From Owenia fusiformis (Eukaryota), in NCBI GenBank assembly GCA_903813345.2, contig CAIIXF020000001.1, forward strand, positions 40,238,001-40,302,000: a DNA stretch of 64,000 bases. Reading direction: 5' to 3'. A program made the position numbers and the translations under genes. Shown piece by piece: positions 21,601 through 34,000 of this stretch. A model generated the notes under the pieces. It was given only the letters and a program-made list of their open reading frames with translations, did not search any database and was not told where the DNA came from. The stretch's first letter is position 1. Each line of letters starts with the position of its first letter.

Positions 21601-24600
21601 GATTCAGCACATAAGACTTGTGAACAGAAGACATTGGCCAATATACTACTGTCATGGTGCAAATACACAGCAAGCAGCTTTCTCTGAAATGTGAGTCAGA
21701 CATAATATGTACAAGGTAGGAATGTACAAAGGTAAGCATAGAAGATGTCTTATGATTTCCATTGTCATTTGAATTCAAATTACAACAAGAACAGAATGAA
21801 TGAATGAGCATTAAAAATGTTGGTCTGTTTTCTGAAAATTTGTCTGAATCGTAAAAGGGAGGTACATGAAGTTAAACATATATTATTCTTTTGTGCATTT
21901 TGTATCACTCTCATATACAATACTCAAGTGTTTTTGATTACTTATGAATTTGAACTTAACTCACATTTCTTGCACTGCACATTAAGGCATCTTTTATGGC
22001 ACTATCCAGATCACCCATGTAAAAGAGAGGGTGGGGGTCCCCATATCGTGACGCAAAGACACTATTGAAGCTCTCGAGGGCTGTCACCTCATCCAGACAA
22101 CCAGGAGGAATGAGAGGGTCCCTCACAGATCTACTACTACTAGAATGTCCATTATCATTGTTAAATATTTCCTCATCACTGGGCATACACATATCTTCTT
22201 GGTCTTGAGTGTCACTGTCATCGCTGACCATTTCTATAGAGTTTAATACTTCCTGGAATCACAAGTTCAATTTGTTTTACAAGTAAGTCCATTTAGAGGT
22301 TTCTAATGTGGATCCATATAAATGGTTTGGATCAGCATTTGTTAATTGATGAATTAATTTGGTAGATATCTGATAAAATTGATTAATCAATTAATTGTTT
22401 GTTTCACTGTCTGTTAATGTTTGATAGGCCTAAATGATTTCAATTCATAAATCAACGAGTAAGCAACATTTCACATATGCTTTCCATATCTGAGTGAGCT
22501 TAGATATGATACACAAAAGTTCACGAGGGCTGTCTGCATTCTGCAAAAAATTATTGATTCAAGCAGTTCAGATTATATTTAACCTTAATATGAGTTGAAT
22601 TATAAAGTTCCTTTGAAAATGATAATTGTGATATTTCATCTTATTTATTTGTAACAGATATCAATCTCTCAAGAAATATGACGAACACATGTATGTTTCA
22701 CTTAGTATAGATAATCAGCTGGTCTGATCAAACATATTCAAACCTGACCAACTTTATTCCTTAAATAGACTTACAGCTGCTGAATATTGAGGCCTGGCGT
22801 TGTCTCTATTGCTGACCTCTAAACAATGTGAGGGATAAGTAATTCTAGAACCAGCTAATGTCATCTGAAATAATCATATAATTATATGTTACCATACATG
22901 CAAATCAGTGTGAAATGTGACACTACTATAGCCAAGCACTATATACATCACAGCTGCAATTCTCTAGAACATTGTATTGAAGCAAACTGATGAATGATCG
23001 AACCTATATATTTGTATCTGAGATTTTGTACTCAAGTCTCCACTCATAAATTCTAATCAAAAAGCAAGCTGATGAATGATCGAACATATATATTTGTATC
23101 TGAGATTTTTACTCAAGTCTCCACTCATAAATTCCAATCAAAAAGCAAGCTGATGAATGATCAAACATATATATTTGTATCTGAGATTTTTTACTCAAGT
23201 CTCCACTCAAAAATTCTAATCAAAAAGCAAGCTGATGAATGATCAAACATATATATTTGTATCTGAGATTTTTTACTCAAGTCTCCACTCAAAAATCCTA
23301 ATCAAAAAGCAAGCTGGTGAATGATCAAACATATATATTTGTATCTGAGATTTTTTACTCAAGTCTCCACTCATAAATTCTAATCAAAAAGCAAGCTGAT
23401 GAATGATCAAACATATATATTTGTATCTGAGATTTTTTACTCAAGTCTCCACTCATAAATTCTAATCAAAAAGCAAGCTGATGAATGATCGAACATATAT
23501 ATTTGTATCTGAGATTTTTTACTCAAGTCTCCACTCAAAAATTCTAATCAAAAAGCAAGCTGATGAATGATCAAACATATATATTTGTATCTGAGATTTT
23601 TTACTCAAGTCTCCACTCATAAATTCTAATCAAAAAGCAAGCTGATGAATGATCGAACATATATATTTGTATCTGAGATTTTTTACTCAAGTCTCCACTC
23701 ATAAATTCTAATCAATTTTTTCAATTGCAGATTTTAAAAAAATGTAGAAATGTAGAGAACTCTTTTGTATATACTTGCCTCATCATCAGTCTCAGGCCAA
23801 CCTGTCCACACCTGGTTCCTTACTGGTACATCTATCAATGAGTAAACATCACATTTCACCTGCAATCAACAGAGCAGTCAATAATATAATGCAGTGTTCC
23901 TAGATTTTAAAAAAACAAAAAAAAACAAAAAAACAGAGCAGTCAATAAGGTAGGTCACCTCAAGTTTATTAATAAATGAAATACTACATACATGTGTTAT
24001 CAATCTTGTTATCTGCTAGAATATGAATCTACACTTGGAAAAAACGTTTTCCTTTTGACTTTTGAAAAGGGGATTTTCTTATGTTTTATATCAGTATGTA
24101 ATCTAAAGAGAAGCCTGCTTTTCAGATGGTAGAATTTAATGAAAAGCATATCTTAGAGTATTTGAAGGCAATGATTATCCAAGTTTGAGCTCAAATCTAT
24201 TACTAGTTTTCAAACATACTGATCATATCTTTTAACAGTCATAGAATATCTGTTACACTGTATTACAGTCGATCTGCTATGACATGCGCAAAGCTCTATT
24301 TAGTGATATTTTCATTTCAAATATGGCGGCCAATCCGAAGTCTGAAAACACTTACAAAAAATCTAGGCAGTGTGCATTTTTACCTCCTGTGAAATAACAA
24401 GTGGAATTTAGTAGTTGTTTTGTGTTTTATTATCATTCTGCATCGTAATTCTATATAATGTGGTGTTAAAATGTCAGCAGAAATACATATCCATACGATA
24501 ATCGAGTGAATTAGATAACAGATTTTTCGAAAACCCGTCTCCTGCTAAGGATGTAAAAACTTGTATTAACATGCTCAAAAGTGTGAATGTGCACCTCAAT

Positions 24601-27600
24601 GTCAAGCTAAATCAATGTTGTGTCTAAAACAAATACCTGATCTACTCAAAACAGCTTGTCATTCACGTATACACGCTTAGCAAACATAGCAAAATGATCT
24701 GAATCTTGGGATTTCGTTCGAGAGCTAGTAATGCTCTACATGTCTTCATCATAAGTGTTCATCATACTTTGCGCATGCTCAGGAGAAAATCATCAACCAA
24801 TCACGTTTATAAATCAATTTTGCGCATGCGTCTTACAAGAGTAAAGAAATTCGTATTTATAAATGAACCAATTTGAGATAACCCGATATCAGTCGGAGAA
24901 ATCTGACGATCTTCGAAACTCACTTCAAAAAATCAACATGCGGAAAAGTCTGATTTTCGTCGTACCATATTGACGGATTAACAGACATCACAGGGCATAT
25001 GATCAAGAGTGGCTATTAATATTACTTAATATTAAGTTTTACATACCTCCCTTATGGTTTTAGTACCAGGAAATTGTAGACTATAGGTCTCATTCTTATC
25101 TTTGAAAGTTATTTTTAATGTAAAGTTTTTGGTGAGTCTGTCAATAATATCTGTTCTGAAAAAAAAGAAAAGGGCATGTATCAAATCTACTGTATTAGCA
25201 ATTTCTTCATCTCATATATTTATATTTTGCAACAAAGTAAAGTATTGTCTGACAATGTACTAAAGGCCCTATGTATAGTTTGAAAATATATTTCTATCAT
25301 TCATATTTTATTTACTATTTGTAATGACTATTTTAGAGAGTTTTGAAAAAATAAAATCTTTGAAAAAAGAGTTTTTGTTTTTTTGTTTTTCAGATATTCA
25401 AATTCCCCACCATTTTTCAAATAGAAGTTGAAACGTTTCAAATAACTAATTCAGTGCAAGGTGCACCTTATGATGACAGACCTTTTGGTCCAATGTGAAT
25501 TATGGATCATTTGCCATTTTATTGTCCTATGCATGCTGATAAAATGAGCTTGTCCAGATCACAAGTAACTGGACCTTTGGGCTGATGCTTATGCCACATC
25601 CTAAATGATACATACATTTCTTACAGTCTGGTAATGGAATTACCAAAATATAGTTCACATGACAGAATATTTTCTATATAAAACTTTGATTACTTACTCA
25701 TCTGAATGTGAGGAACTTGCGCCACATGATGTGGAAAGTGGTATTCCAGGAGAAAGCAGAAACAAAATGTTTTCTTTTGGAAGATGCAAGTCTCGTAATA
25801 GCGTCTAAAATATGCAGAAATAAAATAGAATTACAGGATACTAACAGATATATATACATGTAATGCATGATTCATCTACTCCTTAGTAATTTAAATAAGT
25901 GAATAGAACATTTTTTGAATGGGTCACATGTCTTAGATATTGGATTTTTATCAATGTGCTAATATAATTTCACAGTTATCTTAAGAGTCAATTGCCCTAA
26001 TTATCATTACATGAGTATTTCTTGAATTCCTTACTAATTAAATGTACAGTATGTTTAATATTGACTACTCGTTTATCCCTAAGCCCCTCCCCCTAGATAA
26101 ACTATATATATTGCCTTTATGGGATTTTACAATTCTTGTATTTTTACAATTCTTGATATATATAGCTGATCGCTTTGTTGTGCAGTGCCTAAGACATTGG
26201 CAGAATGGTGTTGTATGCTTACAGTATCTTGTGGAGGTGCATCATTCTTGTTAACCCAACCTCTAAGCTCCTGATTGGCTGCTGGCACACCCGTCTCTGA
26301 CTCAAGAATAACCTTGATTGAACCTATAAAAACATGCTTCATAGGTGGAATATTTGGCAGGAATTAAGACATGTTATTGTTATAATGAGAGGCTAGAGTA
26401 AAAAAAAATTTGCAGTTAATTTACAGTCTGATTAAAGTTAATATGAACTGGATATATTTCAAAATTGCAGGTCCATGTGTACGACAAGTGGTAGTATGGC
26501 CCAAAGATATTACAGGCCTGTGAGCCTGGCAAGCATGTTTTCCGTAAGAAATCCTATTTGTTCCATCTACTTTTTGTTTGCATAATGCAACACATAAAAG
26601 TACCCCATACCAGTCTTCATAAAACAAGGCTATAAAGGATCAACTAACCCACAGTTTCAGAATCTGGAAGTACAACTGGAATATTCTTATCTCTGTGTTC
26701 CACAGTAAATGTGAGCATCCTTGAGGCTCCACTGTCGCTATATAGTCCATGGAAAAGACCACTTTGTGGAAGGTTCACACCATACATGGCACCTAATTCA
26801 CTGCCAGAGGCTGGACTAGGTATCTGGAAGGGCTCAGGCTGTAAACTCACACCTCCAATATGGAGATCAGGAGAGAGAGGGACAGTTGATGGATTTATGT
26901 TGTCATCTGATGGTAAACTTTGGGAACCCAAGTGCGACATCACACTGTTTACCCCAGCCTATAAAAAAGTGTTAAACATAAGGCTATATACTACATATAA
27001 AGTAAAGCCGGAATCTTAAAACAGACAAGGCAAAATAAACTACATGTATTTATGTATAATGCATATCTGCATATAAAAATTTACCTCCCCATATCCCAAT
27101 TTCTTTCTGTCTCTTATAAAATTGTAAACTTACCATGAGATCCCAGTCATTTTGCTCTAACACTGCAATACATTCCTCATAGTTTTCTATTCCTGTTATA
27201 CCCTAGAAAGATAAAAAACATGTAATTTAAAAAATGGCAAATTGATGAAGTAGATCTAGCTTAAATACAAGTGAAAAATATCTCTCCTGGGAACCAATCC
27301 TCCTAGGCCTATTGTGTTACTATAGAATGAATTATACAACTATTTACACAACTTCCTTGCATCTTCTACAATCTACGCATGAATATAATTGTGAGCAACC
27401 TACACAGCTTGGCTAATAAAACATTTAAAAATGAGATTTGTGTAAGACAACAATGAGATTTGTGGAAGACAACAATGAGATTTGTGGAAGACAACTATCC
27501 AATTTACATCAATCTAAACAAGGCGAAAATCAGGAAATAAAAAAGAGGTTTCATTTCTTGATGTTTTTTCTAATCTTTTAAAACAAAAGGACCAAACATC

Positions 27601-28480
27601 TTTCTAAAAAATATCTGGAGTAAATCTTTGAAGTAAATGTGACTGATTCATCCATTTGCTTTCTATCTTACTAGAGTCCATTTCACTGTTTCATTGCGTC
27701 AGTAGAACGGCAAAAATAAGAAATTGGGAGACCATTGTGCAATAATATATGGAAAAGTATATTCATGTACATGAATGACATTTGTATATTTCAGATTTTT
27801 TAGATTTTTGTGCAATAAGCCTGTGCCGTCTTGTAATTTGAAGAATTTCAGCCATGTTAATCTTATTGAAAATAACATGGCAGAGAAGCATCCCAATATA
27901 AGAGGCCACATACTTTATAAGCCAAACTAGAAGCTATCCAAGATATACAAATGTTATTCATGTACAATTGGAATATATTTTCCCACATATTATTGCAAAA
28001 TGATTCTTTTATTTCTTACTTTTTAGGCGTACTTTTTAGCTTTTACTGACGCAATTACTGTGAAATGGACTCTAGATAATTAGAGCTGAATCATCCGACA
28101 ATAAAAAAGAATGAGGAAGAGCAGTGAATTATTACAGCAACAAATGCCGGTCATATGTCGAACTCCAACAAGTAGTTTACTTTCATGAGCGTGTCCCTTA
28201 CGGCGGAGGAAATCAAGAAAAAATACAAAGTCATTCTTGTTTCTCCGAATATAATTTTCCATTTTTCATTTGATTTGCAAAAAAATTGTCAATGATTTCA
28301 AGAAACAAATGAACTTCCTGGCCGAATCGGACATTTCATTCGAAAACTAAGTTTTAAATATTTTTCAACATATACATTTGATCAATCGTACACAAAATAT
28401 TCACATCATAACCCATGGAATAAGCGTAAAATTAGATATGTTACCTGGAAATCTAGCAAGATTTGGTCTCGGTCTGCCAT
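18665..28480 (-). CDS. FAF1: FAS-associated factor 1 (UBA, UBL, UAS, coiled coil, UBX), complete, 16 coding exons, 686 aa
   Basis: Exons 28480-28445 (MADRDQILLDFQ), 27202-27134, 26958-26649, 26323-26223, 25804-25698, 25155-25047, 23859-23779, 22864-22775, 22252-21965 (FASRYGDPHPLFYMG), 21683-21529 (YLHHDSSILANVFCSQVLC), 21178-21068, 20765-20651, 20434-20354, 20102-19992, 19609-19394 (UBX: RRFLAS...TTYPRRD), 18745-18665 (LFPQETLILEER*). Phases are consistent; total 2061 nt. Confidence 0.95.
19703..19780. repeat. short tandem repeat, ~20-bp unit, ~4 copies
   Basis: GGTTAAACCAAATTAATGGC repeated. Confidence 0.8.
22979..23714. repeat. minisatellite, ~82-bp unit, ~9 near-identical copies (FAF1 intron 7)
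   Basis: AAGCAAGCTGATGAATGATCAAACATATATATTTGTATCTGAGATTTTTTACTCAAGTCTCCACTCATAAATTCTAATCAAA repeated. Confidence 0.95.
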
Positions 28481-28570
28481 TTCTGCTTTTTGATATACGC
28501 ATGCGCCAACATTTTATTTCCGTTTCCTGTTTCTCTACCGACAAAGTTTTCTTCACTACATTTCGTAAGT
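28481..28570. promoter_or_regulatory. candidate compact bidirectional promoter FAF1/NSMCE2
   Basis: NRF1-like CGCATGCGC at 28498-28506 near the FAF1 ATG (28480); plus-strand donor TTC|GTAAGT at 28564/28565 could splice to the acceptor ending at 31016, upstream of the NSMCE2 ATG. Confidence 0.45.
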
Positions 28571-29314
28571 TTTTCAATCAAAATATGCATAATTTAATGC
28601 TTTTATGATAAGATAATTATAAAAAAATTTTGTTAAGATCATCTAGCCACAGTTTCATAACAGGAGCTACAGAAATGGAGTTGTAGGATCCAAATTAAAC
28701 ATTACTAACTTTCAGCAAGTTTTGGAGCTCAAAATTGGTGGGAAATTTTGAAAGAGGAAACAAGATAAATCAGTGAAAATTTCAGCTTAGGGACGGGAAT
28801 TATCAATTTTGGGACGGGACATACGGGACGGGACATAACGAATTAAATATACGTAGTATACATTTTCTGTCTACTGGTATGTTTATGCAGTGCGGATCTT
28901 TTGAACGTCACAAGGGCTGTGCATGTTGCGCAAAAACATGTAATCTGAGATTAATTTAAGTTGTTACCTGTCTCGCCGATGAAGTTCTTTGTTATTATTT
29001 AAATAACGCATATGTCTAAGGGAAACACTGTTCTCGATAAAACTGCATGTTCTGTCCTGAATTTTTGTTTATTATAATCACTTAAAGGAATTGCCACTAG
29101 ATGGCATTTATGCATGAACGTAATCCGGCAGATATGTTGTAAAAACAAAAGAAAATTCTAGTTTAGATCATATTTATCGTTCATTTGGGAAGTTTTAGGG
29201 TCATATACATGACGAATATTATATCCTGTCCATGGACCAAAATGTTCAGTACACAAGGATTGTCTCGTTCTGAGACCAAAGTCCCGTAGACCGGGACAAT
29301 ATCGGGAAACCGTG

Positions 29315-29758
29315 ACATCCCTAATATATGTGGGTCCCATTTTGATATATATATCCCTAGAACTGGGTTTACTTTTTGAAATATCCATTAACTGGGGGGG
29401 GTACCCCCATATATTGGCTATATGGGGACGTGCCACTAAAGTGGGTCACTTTTTTGCCAAAAATTCCCTAGATGTGGGTCCCATTTTGAAAAAAAACAAC
29501 CTAGATATGGTTCCCATTTTGATGAAAAAATCCCTAGAACTAGGTCTACTTTTTGAAAAATCCTTTAACTGGTTATTACCCGAAGTGGGTCTTGTTTTTT
29601 AAAAATTACCTTGAATGAAGTGGATATATTTTTGAAAGAAAAACCCTAGATGTGGGTCCATTTTTAGAGAAAAAAATCGCTAGATGTGGGTAGATATTTT
29701 GGGTCTCTCAGCAGCACCCCATGTACAAAAATTTGTCCAGTGTCCCTTCCCCCGGGGG
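29315..29758. mobile_element. non-autonomous repeat with internal CCCTAGATGTGGGTCCCATTTT subrepeats
   Basis: GGGGGGGGTACCCCC motif at ~29394, ~28-bp degenerate subrepeats, CCCCCGGGGG right end. Confidence 0.5.
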
Positions 29759-29862
29759 TTTTAATGTTCTTGAATACGTGTGTATCAGTTGTGATAAGCA
29801 TGTAACATGTAAGCAGTTATGAGGGTGATTTGAAAAATCCCCCACCCACATTTATGGGAGTA

Positions 29863-30404
29863 GCCTTTATTAGCTAACATGTTAAGGCAAATTGTCAAGG
29901 CAACTACCAAGTCGTCATATGATGTGATTGTGTTTCAAAGCTATGAAGTATAACATAAATTATGACACATTAAATCAGTCACATTAGGCCCGTAGCCAGG
30001 ATTTGCCAACAAAATTTATAAGCATTTATTTTTGTTCATTGTTGATTTCTGTGGTCTTTTATTAACAGTGGATTAGTTTTCTCCACATATTGTAATGGCC
30101 TTCATATTTTTCTAGTGAAATTTTCACTGGATTATCTTGTTATAATAGACCACAGAGAAAAACAATGAACAAAAAACATAAGTGCTTGTTTTGTTGTTGG
30201 TTAGGTAACATGTTATGACTACACATATTACTAAAGAATCAACGGTGATGTGTGAGGTTTAAATTATATGTTTGTCTAAGTGCTAATGGGGCAATATGTG
30301 GCTGATGTCATAGCTTATGTAATACGTCATATCTTAGAATCACAATCACATCATATGATGACTTGGTAGTTGCCTTGACGATTTGCTATATAAGCTAATA
30401 AAGG
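29863..30404. mobile_element. MITE-like element with ~70-bp imperfect terminal inverted repeats
   Basis: GCCTTTATTAGCT...GTCAAGGCAACTACCAAGTCGTCATATGATGTGATTGTG versus CACAATCACATCATATGATGACTTGGTAGTTGCCTTGAC...AGCTAATAAAGGC. Confidence 0.7.
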
Positions 30405-30544
30405 CAGGCCGAACAGATAGTCACATGTTCAAACCTATTCTATAGTGTGAAGGGCTCCGCCTACTTTGTGCGGGTCTTCATAAAAATGTACTAGATTAGT
30501 TAAGTAAATCACTCCCTTTATATTCTAATAAATAGAATATATGA

Positions 30545-30704
30545 CAGGGGTTTCACAACAGACTAAATTAATGAAAACAACAGGCAAAATGAATGGAAAT
30601 CATGAATTTAACATGGAAAAGTTGAAAAGTTACTTAAAACAACAGGTGATTTTGTGAAAACAACTGGTGAAATCGCCTGTTGCCTGCTGCTAATGAAACC
30701 CCTG
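30545..30704. mobile_element. 160-bp MITE with 5-bp TSD
   Basis: TIR CAGGGGTTTCA/TGAAACCCCTG; TATGA on both sides. Confidence 0.75.
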
Positions 30705-31041
30705 TATGATGGATCGTGGAGGGGCTGATTTACTCATCATGGATTAGTCTACAATTAGATCTATCCTAAAATTTCCTTGAAAACTTCGACCCTGAAAATG
30801 ATACAACATTTAGTAATATTCACCTATGCTCAGTGTTATAAATAAGCTGTGATTTTTCAAAATAGAATCTTTTCGAAACGTACTCACATATAGATGCATA
30901 AGACTCTTATTTCAAGGATAGAATGCACAAATGAAGCACATGTTCTACTAATATAGGCAAAAATGTATCTAGATATAAGGAGATCATCTTTTTAATCCTT
31001 GATAACATTGTTTTAGGTACATACTAGTGTACTAAGCTAAA

Positions 31042-34000
31042 ATGGCAATGGCATATATGTCACATGTTAACAAGGCATTGGAGACTGTTACAAAAGTGCA
31101 GACATACATCATGGCAGGAACAGAGCATACTACTGATGTTGCGTTAGATGTGGTTGAACATGAAAAAGGTTTGATTCAATTTTAGTACTAAGTTATTTCT
31201 TTTACAGGTAACTTGTGAGGGTTTAAAAGCCAAAGTTTTTTGGGACTTTTAGTCCATAATAGCATTCATCACCTGTTATAAATTGTTACACTTTTGTAAT
31301 TGCAGCAGAATGTTGATGTTTTGTCATATGTTATTGACCATGTGCATTGCTCATCTGCATTGGTCACATGACTCTGCATTGGCCTCATGGCCCTGCATTG
31401 GTCACATGACTCTGCATTGGCCTCATGGCCCTGCATTGGTCACATGACTCTGCATTGGCCTCATGGCCCTGCATTGGTCTCATGACTCTGCATTGGTCAC
31501 ATGACTCTGTATTGGTCTCATGACTGCATTGGCCACATGACTCTGTATTGGCCACATGACTGCATTGGCCTCATGACTCTGTATTGGCCACATGACTGCA
31601 TTGGCCTCATGACTCTGGCATTGGTCACTCAACTCTTGCATTGGCCTTATAACTCTACATTGGCATTATGACTACATTGGCCACATGACTGCATTGGCCT
31701 CTTGACTCTGCATTGACCTCATGACTCTGGCATTGGTCACTCAACTCTTGCATTGACCTCATAACTCTACATGGGCATTATGACTACATTGGCCACATAA
31801 CTGCATTGGCCTCTTGACTCTGCATTGACCTCATGACTCTGGCATTGGTCACTCAACTCTTGCATTGACCTCATAACTCTACATGGGCATTATGACTACA
31901 TTGGCCACATAACTGCATTGGCCTATTGACTCTGCATTGACCTCATGACTTTGACATTGGTCACATAACTCATATTTTACTATATGACTCTTACATTTAC
32001 AGATTCAGAGAGTGGAACAATGAAAGTGGACAAACTAAGAGAGATAATGTTGGATTACAATCGTATGGACAGAGATATTCAACAATTCCTTGAGGCAGTT
32101 GACTTTGTTAAAGAGAAGGTAGTTGATATGATTATTCTGTATAATAGTGAGGAATTGTCTCAGAAGTATTGAATTCTTTTTTTTTTAATTAGATTTTCAG
32201 CCAACAATATTGCCTTTAGATTACCATCATTGTATATTATAATTTACAATTGGTTTATGGTCAAATTTTGTAGATTAAATATTGCTTTATAGTCACTTAT
32301 ACCATTTAATCATTGAAGATTGCTTTGGTGACAAATTCAAGATAACCAAAAATGATTTCTCAATTTTACCATTGAATATTGCCTTATGGTCACAAATTCC
32401 AGGTTTCCTAAATATTGCTTTATATTCATTGATTCCAGATTACCACTAAAGATTGTTTTATTGTCAAATATTGTAGATTGCCAATGAGGACTGCTCCAAC
32501 TATGAGGACTTGTTAGATACTAAATTGAAAGAGTTACAGAGAAACAACAAAGATGAAACATTGAAACAACATGAGAAATATGTGGAGTTCAATCAGAAGA
32601 TCTTGCAGGAGTTAAATGGAGGTAAAATGGTGGAATACTCTATCATATATTTTACTCATTTTCTTCTAAAATCTCCACTAGCAAGTGGGCCCTACTGAGA
32701 GGAGTGATAAGGTGAGGTCTTTGGACCTAGAATACTGGATTTTCTTTGATACAAGATTTCCATTTACTTGCGTAAGCCCCATTCATTTGTAACATCCTGT
32801 ATGAATGTAGTTTGTCAGTACTTAAATATGGATGTGGCTTTCAGCAGTAAAAGTGACAATTTAATTTTAGAAGTAGGTTTTCTAAAATATAACTGACCAG
32901 ACCCACACCGCATGTTTAATAAGTTGTAAATTGTTGTAAAAAGACACTGATATTTTGACACAACTCTTATAACACCTGTTATTCATACATATACTGTAGA
33001 TGTAGCTGATCCTGTGATGCCAGGCCCATCCACTTTAACAGAGGATGACGACATTGAAATGACCCAGCAGGTAGGAATGAAGAGATACTAAGTAAATAAC
33101 TATCAAATTATTGAAGCACATTAGCCAGTAGGTTCATAGAAAAAAAATCATTGTTTAGACAACAAATACACTAAAATATGTTTGTTTGTTTGTCAAATTG
33201 CTATACACTTGGGGGAAAATTAACATTTTTCTTGAAGACATCCTTCTCCAAAATTTCTCAATTTATGACATTACCCTTTAGATTTGTTTCATTTGCTTCT
33301 TAAAAGAGAGCTTTGTTTACTTTGTAACTAGCCTCTAGCCTAAAGATAACATGTATGAATCACCTTTGCAGGATTATTCAAACATTATATGCTGTGTTTT
33401 CAATAACGCCGTCCAAGCATTGAAAAAACGTAATGAAAAAAAGTTGGACCCGGAAATAAAAATGAACTGCGATTTTTGGAAGCAGTGCAAGCCATATGTA
33501 TAAAATCAACTTTGGATGAATGATTTGATAAAGATCTTACCTTCAGTCTCTTTATTTCATCAGAATCCGCTAAATAATTGAAGGAAATTCTATTTCTAAA
33601 AGAATTAAAGTTTTCTTTCGAAGTTTCCTTCCCGGAAGTTGATTTCTGATTGAAATAGTACGAGGCATGTGATAGGACAAATAGCATTTTTTTTAAATCA
33701 TTACGTCCCAGGGATGCAATCTTGGACAAGCCTACTGAAAACACTGATATGCATACAAAACTCCTTTGCAAGAATATTCAAACATCATTTGCATACAAAT
33801 CTCTTTTGCAGTATTATATAAACATCACATTTGTAAATTTAGATTAAATTGTATGCATAGTGCACGCCCAAATATAAACAGATATAAACAGATATGTTTG
33901 AAAATAGTCATTTCAAATATCTATTAAAAATGCATATGCTTGTATTTTTTCAGGATATAAACACAAAATGTCCATATACCTTGAAAGAAATGGTTCAACC

